Positions 28,599 through 39,156 of a stretch of DNA of 64,000 nt are shown here, piece after piece. The first letter of the stretch is position 1; each line of letters opens with the position of its first letter. The position numbers were made by a program, and so were the translations under genes. Below the pieces are notes generated by a model, which saw only the letters and a program-made list of their open reading frames with translations, was not told where the DNA came from and did not search any database. Source of the stretch: an uncultured archaeon (lineage in GTDB: Archaea > Thermoproteota > Bathyarchaeia > Bathyarchaeales > Bathycorpusculaceae); NCBI GenBank assembly GCA_963810275.1, contig CAWENF010000017.1, positions 64,404-128,403 of the forward strand. The letters run 5' to 3'.

Positions 28599-29584
28599 CG
28601 TATAGCTCTCCTTTGTACCGCAGCAAAACCGTGCAGCTCTTTGGTATTGTCAGAACGGATGGATCGCCCAGTGTAATGCAAGAATACGTCTTCGAGGTTG
28701 GGTTCACGGCACAACAGGGACTCTACGTAGACGCTGTTCTGTGATGCAATTTCCATGATGCGGGGCATGGCTGCTTTGCCACTTGGAACAGTAATCTCTA
28801 AGGTATCGTCAACTATGCGGGTTTTATTGAAGCCCAGCCATTTTGAAACTAACTCCGCGAGCGCTTTGAGGTTGTTGGCACGCACCACGATGACGTCGCC
28901 TTCCAAGGTTTCTTTGAGCTTAGGCGGCGTATCCAGAACCACGATTTTGCCGTGATCCATTATAGCGATGCGGTCGCTTAAGCGGTCGGCTTCATCCATG
29001 TAGTGTGTTGTTAACACGACGGTTATGTCGTGGGCTTCTTTTAGTTCGCGGATGTATTTCCAGATGTGATCCCGGGTCTGAGGGTCCAACCCTACTGTGG
29101 GCTCGTCAAGAAACAGCACCTTAGGGTAATGCAAAAGACCTCTACCCAACTCTAACCTACGACGCATACCGCCTGAGTATGTGCGAAGCAAATCGTTTGC
29201 TCTGTCTTCAAGCTCGACGAGTTTTAGAATGCGGTTTATTCGGTCGCTCTGCTCTGAGGTTGGTACTCCAAACAGGTTTGCATGCATTGTGAGGTTTTCT
29301 CTGCCTGTTAATCGATCGTCTACGCTTGGGTCTTGAAAGACTATGCCGATGGATTTGCGCACTTTTGCAGGTTCACGCACAAGGTCAAAGCCGTTTATGG
29401 TTGCGGTGCCTGAGGTGGGTTTTAGAATTGTGCAGAGCATTGATACTGTTGTGGTTTTGCCTGCGCCGTTAGGTCCCAACAAACCAAAGACTTCACCTCC
29501 TTCAACAGCGATGTTGAGGCTGTCTACTGCTTTTAGGTTGCCGTAGGCTTTGGTTAACTGATGGGTTTGAATGGCATATGGCAT
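28595..29584 (-). CDS. DrrA-like ABC ATPase
   Basis: GPNGAGKTT, YSGGMRRRLE, DEPTVGLDP and LEDVFL motifs. Confidence 0.92.
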   Translation of the reverse strand: MPYAIQTHQLTKAYGNLKAVDSLNIAVEGGEVFGLLGPNGAGKTTTVSMLCTILKPTSGTATINGFDLVREPAKVRKSIGIVFQDPSVDDRLTGRENLTMHANLFGVPTSEQSDRINRILKLVELEDRANDLLRTYSGGMRRRLELGRGLLHYPKVLFLDEPTVGLDPQTRDHIWKYIRELKEAHDITVVLTTHYMDEADRLSDRIAIMDHGKIVVLDTPPKLKETLEGDVIVVRANNLKALAELVSKWLGFNKTRIVDDTLEITVPSGKAAMPRIMEIASQNSVYVESLLCREPNLEDVFLHYTGRSIRSDNTKELHGFAAVQRRAIR

Positions 29585-29901
29585 TTTGGTGTCTTTTATG
29601 CATGAATTACGAGGCAAATTTAAGTGTATTCACGTCTAATGTCTGTTTAAGTCAACGAAAAAAATACTATCTGCCGTTTACTGCATGCTTGACCTACCAT
29701 TTATTTGAGACATCAAACGTTGTTAAACTGGATTGTTTACTAAACTGTAGTTTCATTTGGGTGCAACAAGCACAATGGATAGGATACAGTAGAAATAGTT
29801 TAGCAAAACAAATCTAATCTACTTATTAAGCGCTTTCTTTATAGTCGAAAAATCCCTAATGTTACTGCTACCATGGGAGGCACGATAAGTATCTGATTGT
29901 A

Positions 29902-30474
29902 TTACATGTGTGGTTTACATATTATCTCCCGTATTGCCAAATTGAAAAATGTGTGAGTGTTAGTAGGTTTCAAAACTAAAGCGGCATCCGCTCCATGTCC
30001 GCTGCCGCCTATCGCAACTACATCCTCGTCTGTGCGAATCAAGCCAGCATCAACTGCCATACAAGAAATCTCGCAAGCTACCTTTACACCTCGACCAAAA
30101 AGCCGAAGAACGTCAGCAACCACCCCATCAACTTCAACAGTGTTAAACTTGTTTTTAACCGCACGTCCAAAACCGCCCAATGCATGCGCAGCAGTAACGA
30201 TCCTACCGCCGCCACGCTCAATAATCACACGATTCTCCTCACTAAACTGCTGAACATCCGGCTCAGAAAAACCATTAACATAACGAACCACCACCAAATT
30301 GAAATCACCAAAAAAATCTAACGCCAACACGCCCGTTTCGCCGCTCGATGAGGCCACAACTATGTTTTTGATACCGAGTTCTTTGGCTCGCTCTTTAGCC
30401 AACTCAAAGGTTTCTTTGGTATTTTCCGGTCCGAGCTTCTCAAAATATAACGTTCTACAAACAAAATTACCCAT
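29902..30474 (-). CDS. Pyruvate-kinase C-terminal-like conserved archaeal protein (COG1751-like)
   Basis: YFEK.G.ENT, IVVASSSGETG, G.GVKVACEI..MA.DAG, GG.G.GAD.A and EIICKP motifs. Confidence 0.85.
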   Translation of the reverse strand: MGNFVCRTLYFEKLGPENTKETFELAKERAKELGIKNIVVASSSGETGVLALDFFGDFNLVVVRYVNGFSEPDVQQFSEENRVIIERGGGRIVTAAHALGGFGRAVKNKFNTVEVDGVVADVLRLFGRGVKVACEISCMAVDAGLIRTDEDVVAIGGSGHGADAALVLKPTNTHTFFNLAIREIICKPHM

Positions 30475-30596
30475 AAGAAATAACTCCCGCCCCATAATTA
30501 GCAATAGAAACAATAAATCTATTGCCCTAAAGGAGGACAATCTACATATTTTTCCAACGGTCATTAAACAAATTAAAAGAAAAAATGTTGAAAAAA

Positions 30597-30879
30597 TTAC
30601 GTTGGTCTTAGGTATATGTTTAGTTGTCCCATTGAGACTTTGAGTTCTATGCCTCTATTTGAGAAAGCTTGTTCGCCTTCTTTGAGCGCAGAAACAGCCA
30701 AATTGTTTTTAAAAGCCTGTTTTGCGCCAAACAATTCCTTGGTTGCCTTATTGTTTAATTCTAACTCCAAATGAGTGATTTTCAATATCACAAGGATCAA
30801 AGAGAATGTCGGTCACTTTTCCTACTGCAGATTCGCCTGCAAATACTATTTTTCCTACAGTTTCTAACAATTTTACCAT
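30597..30879 (-). pseudogene. PRC-barrel-like protein with 1-nt frameshift near 30792
   Basis: MVKLLETVGKIVFAGESAVGKVTDILFDP continues in another frame as VILKITHLELELNNKATKELFG...LRPT*. Confidence 0.6.
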
Positions 30880-31189
30880 TTTAAAGCCACAATATCCTAT
30901 TAGAGATCGGTTATTTAATAATTTTTTTAAACCATGTGGTTTGGATGGACGCGAAAAATTCTATCACATTTGAAAGCGGACGGAATAAATAAAAGGGTTG
31001 TTAATAATCCTCTTACAGGAAAAACAGATTTATGTGACGAAAATTCTCTGACTTTTCAGGATGTTCAATAAATATAAGGTTGAAGGCGGCGGTTCAGACT
31101 ACTTGGCATTATAGGTCTTCGATTTTTTCCCTCATTCTTAGTACTTTTTTGTATTGATTCTCTATTAATATAAGCGGAAAAACGCTTGA

Positions 31190-34069
31190 CTATGCGGGTT
31201 TTGAAATTTGTGTCCAAGTGTCATCCAGCTCAATAACCTCTTTCATTTTGATAGGTAAAGAAACAGTGAAGGTTGTGCCTTGGCCTTTGATTGTTTTAAC
31301 CGTTATAGATCCATGGTGGGCTTCGACTATGCGTTTACATATAGCTAAGCCAAATCCCATGCCCTGAGCTTTGGTAGTGACCAGTGGAGTAAATAATTTG
31401 GGCAAAATTTCCTCGGGGATGCCACATCCGGTGTCCTGGAATGAAATTTCGATAACTGCATCTCTTATTCGACTGTTAATATTAACTGTGCCATCCTCCG
31501 GTATAGCGTCTATAGCGTTTTTAATTATGTTTGAAAATACTCTTTGAAGCTTAAAAGGATCGACTTGTATATTTGGAATGTTTAGCACCGTATTTACTAT
31601 TTTTATTCTCTCTGGAATCTGCAGCGTTGATAAAGTACCAGACACCAATTGTCGGGGTGTGCATTCCTGTCGCTCTAAGTGAACATCTCGTGAATAGTCC
31701 AACAAATCGTTAATAATCTTATTTGAACGTAGGACACCATCATCAATTGCATTTAACATTTCTTGGGATAGCTCAAATGATATGTGATCACCCTTTTTCT
31801 TTAGGAAATATGCTGCATTCCTAATGCCTGCAAGTGGATTACGAAGGTCATGAGCAACCATAGTAGCTAACTCCCCAATGGCAGCTAAACGTTCTGCCTT
31901 AACTAGCTGTTGCTGAGCATCATGAAGTCGATCTGTTCTTTCATTGACTAAATCTTCCAACTTCATCGAGTAATTTACAAGCTCATTTTCAAGTTTCTTT
32001 TTCTCAGTTATATCTATAGAAGCCTCTACCGCCGCAACCACATTTCCTTTGTCATCTTTGAGTGGAGTAGCTATCAATTGGAGCCAAACAGTTTCGCCTT
32101 TTGCGTTAATTGTTCTAAATTCATGTTGATGAATAGGAGCGCCTTCGAAAACTTTCTTAACACTGCAATCAGGACAGATAGAGTTCAGATGATTTAGAGC
32201 CTGATAGCAGAAGTTTCCTTTCAAGTTTTTCAAGTTATCATTAAGGAACTTGTTTGCCCAAAGAACGCGGTAGTCCCTGCTTATAACAACAAAGCCTGCG
32301 CCAATGCTCTGAGTTACAGCTTCCAGCTTGTTTCGTTCAGTTAATAATTCAAGGTCTTTTTTCTTACGCTCAGTTATGTCTTCGAGTTCAGCAATAAAAA
32401 GGACAGGTTTACCATTTGCATCACGTATTGAATTGATCATGGCTCTTCCGTTGATTATTGTTCCATCTTTTTTGATGTAACGTTTCTCTTGCACAAAGAA
32501 ATCTTTTAACCCTTCTTCTAAGGCTTGCATTTCAGCTAAACTTTCTTTGACATCTTCAGGATGGGTGATTTCTTTGAATGTTAATTTTCTAAGTTCCTCT
32601 TGAGTGTAACCTAATGTCTTGCAGAATGCTTGGTTCGCTGTTAAAAAATTCCTATGTTGATTTGATGTTGCAATGCCAATAAGTGCATTCTCAACAATAG
32701 CATTAGCACGCTTTTCACTTTTAATTAAATCTTCTTGAATTGTTCTTATTTCGGTTATATCATGAAATATGCATTGCAGGTAGGTTTTCCCTGATAATGT
32801 GACGGAGTTTGTGTTTACCAGGACGTTTCTGATTTGACCGTTCTTGTTTCTGTGCGTGGTCTCAAATTCTTCTCCGCCTTCGCGTAGCATGTGTAATGTG
32901 TGGGCAATGACTTCTTCAGGGGTTTCTTTTGCTTCGATGTCTTTTATTTTCAGTTTGGCAAATTCATCTCGGGTATATCCAAGTTGCTCGTTAGCTATGT
33001 TGTTAAATTCCTTGATCTCATTTGTTTGGGGATCCACAAGCAATATGCCCAATGGTGCTTGATTGAAAAGAGTGCGATAGCGAGCCCCAGTTTCTTGAAG
33101 TTGCTTTCTTTTTTCTTTAAGGTTTTGGGTGTTCAAGCTATTCTTTAAAGCGATAGCCGCATAGTTCCCAAAGGACGTAGTCATGAATGCATCTCTTTCA
33201 GAGAAATCTGAAGGCTTATTTGCTAACCCAATCAATCCAACGACTCTGTGTTCAACTGTTATGGGTGAAAACATTATGTTTGAAAGAGGAACATGACCCT
33301 TTGGCATTAACTTTAACCATTCACTTTTCATAAAATTATTCTCATAAACAGACTTACCTAGCCGATAAGCGGTTTCTCTTAATTCGCGAATAGGCATTGG
33401 CAAGTTTTCATCCAATTTTTTACACCTCATGCCGCCTGAATCAAGATATAGCACTTTATTTTCAGAGCCATTCTCAGACAACATAGCCACGTAGCCCGCT
33501 GTCGCACCAGTTATTTTTTTGCATGCATCAAAAATCTGTCGCGCTGTCTCCTCGAATGGCTTGCTCTTAAGTAAAGAAGTAGTGCACTCTAAGAGTAATT
33601 TACGCTCATTGGCAAGCGTCTCTAATTCGCGCTGCACTTTCTTGTTTATGTCTTCGACTTTCTTGCGTTCAGTTATATCTCTGCTAACGCCTAGAAAACC
33701 GTTAGGCTCTCCTTCTTTGTTTCTAATAATGGATACGTTGACTTCTGTCCAAACAGTAGAGCCGTCCTTGCGAGTTTGCTCTAGTTCAAAAAATGTTGAT
33801 TCTGGTATAAGTCCATCTACATGGTATTTTTGAAGTGCTTCACTGACTACTTGAGCGGAGTTGGGACTTAACGCTTCAGTGATAGATTGTTGCATCACCT
33901 CTTCAGGGGTGTAGCCTCGAAGCTGAAAAACTGAAGGACTAACAAAGGTGAAACGCCCATCTAAATCCATAGTCCAAATAACATCACTGACATTATCAGC
34001 AATTAAATTATAGAGTTTTTTTGTTTGTATTAGTTTGTCGTCTGCTTCCACTGAGAGGTGCCCTTCCAT
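31190..34069 (-). CDS. Multi-PAS/GAF sensor histidine kinase (soluble)
   Basis: PAS repeats (GYTPEE, RKDGSTVW..DITERK), GAF domain, H-box VAHDLRNPL, N-box NIIKNAIDA, DTGCGI and GMGFGL. Confidence 0.93.
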   Translation of the reverse strand: MEGHLSVEADDKLIQTKKLYNLIADNVSDVIWTMDLDGRFTFVSPSVFQLRGYTPEEVMQQSITEALSPNSAQVVSEALQKYHVDGLIPESTFFELEQTRKDGSTVWTEVNVSIIRNKEGEPNGFLGVSRDITERKKVEDINKKVQRELETLANERKLLLECTTSLLKSKPFEETARQIFDACKKITGATAGYVAMLSENGSENKVLYLDSGGMRCKKLDENLPMPIRELRETAYRLGKSVYENNFMKSEWLKLMPKGHVPLSNIMFSPITVEHRVVGLIGLANKPSDFSERDAFMTTSFGNYAAIALKNSLNTQNLKEKRKQLQETGARYRTLFNQAPLGILLVDPQTNEIKEFNNIANEQLGYTRDEFAKLKIKDIEAKETPEEVIAHTLHMLREGGEEFETTHRNKNGQIRNVLVNTNSVTLSGKTYLQCIFHDITEIRTIQEDLIKSEKRANAIVENALIGIATSNQHRNFLTANQAFCKTLGYTQEELRKLTFKEITHPEDVKESLAEMQALEEGLKDFFVQEKRYIKKDGTIINGRAMINSIRDANGKPVLFIAELEDITERKKKDLELLTERNKLEAVTQSIGAGFVVISRDYRVLWANKFLNDNLKNLKGNFCYQALNHLNSICPDCSVKKVFEGAPIHQHEFRTINAKGETVWLQLIATPLKDDKGNVVAAVEASIDITEKKKLENELVNYSMKLEDLVNERTDRLHDAQQQLVKAERLAAIGELATMVAHDLRNPLAGIRNAAYFLKKKGDHISFELSQEMLNAIDDGVLRSNKIINDLLDYSRDVHLERQECTPRQLVSGTLSTLQIPERIKIVNTVLNIPNIQVDPFKLQRVFSNIIKNAIDAIPEDGTVNINSRIRDAVIEISFQDTGCGIPEEILPKLFTPLVTTKAQGMGFGLAICKRIVEAHHGSITVKTIKGQGTTFTVSLPIKMKEVIELDDTWTQISKPA

Positions 34070-34674
34070 TCAGCAACTTATGTTAATTTGCTTTATAAGG
34101 CATATGAATTCAAAAAACAATCATTTAATAGAAGACCCTTGATATTTTTGGGGTTAAAACGACATTTAATTCCTCATTGTGCATTAATTACAGGCTTTAC
34201 CGTCGTTGATTCCAGCTATATCTTAAGTCTTTCATCCGGAAATTCCATAATCTCAAATTGTTTGAATTACCTCAATTGACTTTTTAAGAGCGCACCAAAA
34301 TTTTCAACGTTTAATTTTCGAATCATTTTCTTTGTACCTAAAAGAGCGCGCATAATGGAAACCAGTTAGAAATTTGTACAAGCTGAACCTAACGGTATAT
34401 CATACCATAGGAAGCGGAAATAATGATTCTAACAAAAGCATAATACACAGAAACGAAAACGCTAAAACAAACCGTTTTTAAAAAAATCATATCAAATAAA
34501 GGTTTAGAATTTGACTATTTAGGCAAATTATCGAAAAAATGATACGTTCTTAGCGTCACCCAACAATCCCTTTTCTTTCTTTAGATAACATCCCAAAATA
34601 TGTTGTAAGGGGGTAGATAGGGGCTATTGTAATTTTAATCGTAAAGAGGGCAGCCTAATGCCAAGTTACAATTG

Positions 34675-34698
34675 TGGTGTCGAGGGCAGGGTTTGAAC
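34675..34698 (-). mobile_element. tRNA 3'-end remnant (candidate att site)
   Basis: Minus strand reads GTTCAAACCCTGCCCTCGACACCA: T-loop, T-stem 3' side, acceptor strand, discriminator A and CCA; no 5' half of a tRNA. Confidence 0.55.
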
Positions 34699-34716
34699 AC
34701 ACGCAAAAGGATGATA

Positions 34717-35556
34717 TTAATTAAGTGTTATTTCTTTTTCCTTAAAATCAAGCAGAGCAGACGCTGCCCATTTTTGTTCAAAATAGGCCTTTGTTATTAC
34801 TACAATACAAGCATTATTTGACCATAGGGCCTCCGCCTCTGGGAGCGGTGCGGTAGATGAGAGTGAAATGTGTACATGTTTTTCATCGAATAAGGCCACG
34901 ATTGCAGGGATTTCTTCTGAGAAAAATCTTACTTGAAAATTAGGATTTTTTGAAAGATCATTAATAATTGCTAAAGTTTCTTGTTCAGGAAAGTATTTTT
35001 CTGTAACGAATCTAATTTTAACTCCTCTTTTTAGAGCTTGCTTTAAGCTTTCTGATAATTCAGTAATTGCGGTTGAAAATCTCTTTTTGGAAGTAATAGC
35101 TTCCAAGCTAAATTTTGTATTTTGCAATCCAATTTGTAATCTCTTAATAATCTGATTCCTTCCTGAAATAGTTATAAACTCTGAGTTTTTATTTGTGGTC
35201 TCTATTTTATTTTCTCTGTCGTTTAATGCCTCAATAATTGTTTGGGTTTTTGATTTAAGTTGAGCAATTTGAATTTGTTTTTGCTGAAGCAAAACAGGGA
35301 GTGCCTCTGCGGGTGATACAGCACGATATTTGCAGGGAATGCCTAATTCTTTTACAATAAGTCCTTTCTTTATCAGTGATTCAACAATTTTATACAAATT
35401 TTCTCTGCAAATTCCTGTAAATTTTGAAATTGCTGAGATGGGCGAAGTTCCTATGCGAACTAGAACCAAATAGACCCTGGCTTGAGAATTTGAACAACCT
35501 AAATTCAGCAAGACATCAACCTCCAGTTTATCTTTTTCCGAAGACTGAATCGACAT
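34717..35556 (-). CDS. TrmB-family transcriptional regulator
   Basis: LLNLGCS.SQARVYL.L...GI.RENLYKIV.SL..KGLI HTH plus effector domain (VALFDEK..ALWSNN); divergent from paralog 2. Confidence 0.87.
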   Translation of the reverse strand: MSIQSSEKDKLEVDVLLNLGCSNSQARVYLVLVRIGTSPISAISKFTGICRENLYKIVESLIKKGLIVKELGIPCKYRAVSPAEALPVLLQQKQIQIAQLKSKTQTIIEALNDRENKIETTNKNSEFITISGRNQIIKRLQIGLQNTKFSLEAITSKKRFSTAITELSESLKQALKRGVKIRFVTEKYFPEQETLAIINDLSKNPNFQVRFFSEEIPAIVALFDEKHVHISLSSTAPLPEAEALWSNNACIVVITKAYFEQKWAASALLDFKEKEITLN

Positions 35557-35632
35557 TACAATCGCCCTAATTTTAAAAGCTAATTAGATCAATTTAGTTA
35601 GCGGCTTAAACTCTACAATTGCTAAGGCTTGT

Positions 35633-35667
35633 ATGTATTACTAATACATTGCTTGCTATTAAATAGC
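35633..35667. promoter_or_regulatory. Two palindromes in the TrmB/beta-propeller divergent promoter
   Basis: ATGTATTA-C-TAATACAT (35633-35649) and GCTATT-A-AATAGC (35655-35667). Confidence 0.45.
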
Positions 35668-35715
35668 TTCTATTAAAAAGTATATTTATATATATAAAAA
35701 AAGGACAAGAAAAAA

Positions 35716-38340
35716 ATGAAGGTATCAAAAGACAATAAAATATTTGCGATACTAACAATAACATTGCTATCTGTACTATCAGTATCAACTATTATTCCGG
35801 CAATTAATGCACAAGACACTGAACCTACCTTAAAAACTTACGCATTTGTTGGCGCAACACCAAACCCAATCGGAGTAGGACAAGAAGTTTTAATCCGATT
35901 AGGCATAACTACTCAATTAGCAGCCGATCAATACAGTTGGACAGGACTTACATTAGTTATTACAGCACCCGACGGACATGAAACAACTTTAGGTCCATTT
36001 GAAACTGATTCAACTGGTGGAACATCAACAAGCTTCACACCGGACATGGAAGGAACATACATTTTACAATCGTTCTTCCCAGAACAAGCTAATCCTGCAG
36101 ACATCAATTCTTTTGGCACTGTCATTGCAAAGGGAACTATAATGTTAGCAAGTTCCAGTGAAAAAGTGGAATTAGTTGTACAATCAGAACCAATTCAAAG
36201 CCCTATTTATCAACCGTTACCAAATGAATACTGGTCAAGACCAATAAACAATCAATACCAAGCATGGCAAGTCATTGGCGGAAACTGGTTAATGGCATCA
36301 GACTCAGCTAACACTTACAACAGAATAGCATACGGAAACGATTACGCACCACAATCACCACACCTACTTTGGAGTAGACCAATTACAGGAGGAGGATTAG
36401 TTGGTGGCAATAAAGGAACAACAAGCACAATCACAGAAGACAGAGTCACTATAGGAGATGCATATCAAGGCAAATTCTTGAGAAGCGTCATAATGCTTGG
36501 AAACTTGTACTACGACAACTATCCAACACCATCAAACATTCATGAATACACAGCAGTCAACATGCACACAGGTGAAGTACTTTGGACAAAAACTTTACTT
36601 AACAACTTGACTTTAGCTCAAGGACAATTAATGCAATGGAACTCAATTAACGTTGTTGGCACATATCCATACTTATGGGCCACTGCAAACTCAGAAACAA
36701 AAGCTTCACTAGGCATTCCAGATGCAGGTACAACTTTATGTGCATTTGATCCATTCACGGGTGAATACATCTATTCAATCTACAATGTCCCATCAGGTAA
36801 CAAAGTCATCGGCGAAAACGGTGAAATGCTTGTCTACACAACAAACCTTGCAAAAGGATACATGACCCTTTGGAACTCAACTAACATTCCTGACTTATGG
36901 GGGGGACAAGAAATTGGTACAACAAACCTACAACAATGGGTTCCTGAAGGTAAAGTGGTTGACGCAACAGGAATTTCAACGGTTACCCCAGCAAACAACG
37001 AATTAACACCAACAGGATATGCAGGATACGAATGGAACGTAACTATTCCAACGGGTCTACCTGGATCTGTCTTTTCAGTTCTTGATGACCGAATTCTTGG
37101 TGGAACTGCATCAGCGAATGGTGTTACATTATGGGCAATAAGCATTGACGAGCAAGGTAAAGGAACTTTACTTTTCAACAAGGCATGGGATTCACCATCA
37201 GACTGGAAAGAAGGAAACGTAACCATCGCATGGCAAGCAACAAGTGACGAATCAAAAGATGGAATCGCAGTTTTCAGTGAAAAAGAAACACGACAAGACT
37301 ATGCATTTAGCGTCGAAACAGGTGAACACTTATGGACATCGGATTCACACGGTTACTTAGACTTCTACACTATGGGCCTTGGAGGTACATCAGCTAAAGC
37401 CGTTAACCAAATTTACGACGGCAAATATTATACAGCAGGATATTCAGGTGTATTATATTGCTACGATACTTTGACAGGTAACTTACTTTGGAACTATACC
37501 GCAGTCAATGAAAGAGCTTTAGGATCAACGTTTGCAGAATGGCCACTTTATCCAATGTTCATTGCAAACGGTATGATTTATGTCGTACACACAGAACACT
37601 CCGGATATGAACTTTCACTTCCAGTGGACGCACCAATGATTTGCCTTAACGCAACAACAGGTGATGTAGTTTGGAGAGCGGATGGTCTTATTCGCGGAAC
37701 TCACTGGGGTGGATACCCAATAATTGGCGACAGTATCATTGCAGCCATGAACACATACGACATGCAAATATACGCAATAGGTAAAGGTCCAAGCGCAATA
37801 AACATTGATGCACCATCAACTGGTATAACAATGGCTAACACGATAACAATAAGAGGTTCAATTACAGACGTCTCACCTGGTATTACACAAAAAGAAATTC
37901 AACTAAGATTCCCAGACGGTGTTCCAGCGGTATCTGATGCAAGTATGGCAGACTGGATGAAATACGTTTATCAACAAACAGAAAGACCAAATGCGCAAGG
38001 TGTTGACATTACCTTAAGCGTATTAGATGCAAACGGCAACTATAGAACTATTGGAACGACCACAAGTGACTCAGATGGATTCTACAGTTTCACATGGCAA
38101 CCTGACATTGAAGGCAAATACATAATTTACGCATCTTTCGAAGGAAGTAGCTCATATTATCCATCGCATGCAGTTACAGCATTTAACATAGATCCAGTAT
38201 CAGCAACACCATCGCCTCAAGGACAACAAGTCGGGTCATCAGATGACCAGTATATTCTACCAGGAATCATAGGCATACTAGTGGCAATCGTAGTAGTCGG
38301 TATAGTGCTCGCATTGCTTGTCACAAGAAAGCATTCATAA
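35716..38340 (+). CDS. Secreted PQQ-binding-like beta-propeller surface protein (paralog 2)
   Basis: Same motifs as paralog 1 (PNPIGVGQ, PLPNEYWSRPI, IGKGPS, RFPDGVPAVSD); C-terminal TM anchor. Confidence 0.9.
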   Translation: MKVSKDNKIFAILTITLLSVLSVSTIIPAINAQDTEPTLKTYAFVGATPNPIGVGQEVLIRLGITTQLAADQYSWTGLTLVITAPDGHETTLGPFETDSTGGTSTSFTPDMEGTYILQSFFPEQANPADINSFGTVIAKGTIMLASSSEKVELVVQSEPIQSPIYQPLPNEYWSRPINNQYQAWQVIGGNWLMASDSANTYNRIAYGNDYAPQSPHLLWSRPITGGGLVGGNKGTTSTITEDRVTIGDAYQGKFLRSVIMLGNLYYDNYPTPSNIHEYTAVNMHTGEVLWTKTLLNNLTLAQGQLMQWNSINVVGTYPYLWATANSETKASLGIPDAGTTLCAFDPFTGEYIYSIYNVPSGNKVIGENGEMLVYTTNLAKGYMTLWNSTNIPDLWGGQEIGTTNLQQWVPEGKVVDATGISTVTPANNELTPTGYAGYEWNVTIPTGLPGSVFSVLDDRILGGTASANGVTLWAISIDEQGKGTLLFNKAWDSPSDWKEGNVTIAWQATSDESKDGIAVFSEKETRQDYAFSVETGEHLWTSDSHGYLDFYTMGLGGTSAKAVNQIYDGKYYTAGYSGVLYCYDTLTGNLLWNYTAVNERALGSTFAEWPLYPMFIANGMIYVVHTEHSGYELSLPVDAPMICLNATTGDVVWRADGLIRGTHWGGYPIIGDSIIAAMNTYDMQIYAIGKGPSAINIDAPSTGITMANTITIRGSITDVSPGITQKEIQLRFPDGVPAVSDASMADWMKYVYQQTERPNAQGVDITLSVLDANGNYRTIGTTTSDSDGFYSFTWQPDIEGKYIIYASFEGSSSYYPSHAVTAFNIDPVSATPSPQGQQVGSSDDQYILPGIIGILVAIVVVGIVLALLVTRKHS

Positions 38341-38559
38341 AGGTGAAGACAAATCAAATCTATCTTCCTCTCTTTTTTAGCTTTTCAAGTACCGCTTCGA
38401 TATTAGCCACAAAGCCGTCACCACAGCCAAGTCTTTTACAGACATCTTTAATACCTGATAAACCTCAGTTTGCACAGACTCTTTTTGTCCTTTCAAATAA
38501 CTGGAACGAAGCGAAGAGCAAAGGGCATTCTCTTTCTGTATGACCTTAAAGCGCTTTCT

Positions 38560-38752
38560 CTACAGGTCGGTTAAGGTTGTTTCAACCACCACTTTGCCAT
38601 CGCTATTCTCAACTGTGTTCTCAATGATGTTCCGAAACACTTCTGCCCGGGTGGACCCATGGGGGGACACAGTTTTCGTCAAAGGCTCTTAACAATTTTT
38701 TTGGAACACGGATGCCCATAAGCTGAGTACCGTAACTGTCTGATTCAACCAT
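38560..38752 (-). pseudogene. CopG/ribbon-helix-helix DNA-binding protein, frameshifted in a 6-G run (38661-38666)
   Basis: GGTGA SD then MVESDSYGTQLMGIRVPKKLLRAFDENCVP/HGSTRAEVFRNIIENT..., matching an RHH pattern. Confidence 0.6.
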
Positions 38753-39003
38753 CAACTCAATCACCTGTCATTAAAAGAAAAATAACGATTGCAAATTTAC
38801 AGTATAAAAAAGGAAGAACTGAAAAGTTGACCAATTTAATTATCCTATGATTCCATTAAACATAAATTTCCCTGAAGAACTTGTTGGAAGACTACTGAGC
38901 ATACCAAAGCAGCCATAGCATCAGTCAGGAATCTTCACTTTCGAAATCAGCATGAACACTAATCCTACAGACATTAATAGAATTGAGATAATGCTATTTA
39001 GAA

Positions 39004-39051
39004 GGGTTTACTGAGGCTTCTGTGCAAGATTTAAGGAGAAAAAGGAAAGAA
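39004..39051 (+). repeat. 48-bp imperfect direct repeat, copy 1
   Basis: GGGTTTACTGAGGCTTCTGTGCAAGATTTAAGGAGAAAAAGGAAAGAA; 4 substitutions and 1 indel versus copy 2. Confidence 0.8.
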
Positions 39052-39156
39052 TGAGAGCAACACTTGCAAATATACATTAACAGAAGCCCTCTCAGCCCCA
39101 ACTTTGAATTCATTGTCCTAAAAAAGGGAGGGGAAATTGTTTGCATGTTTTCACAT

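Noticed and set aside
34080-34670. Possible decayed gene between the kinase and the tRNA remnant
   Set aside because: Multiple stops in the frames examined and no identifiable family.
34675-34705. Intact tRNA gene
   Set aside because: Only the 3' ~24 nt is tRNA-like; the T-stem 5' strand does not pair and the D and anticodon arms are absent.
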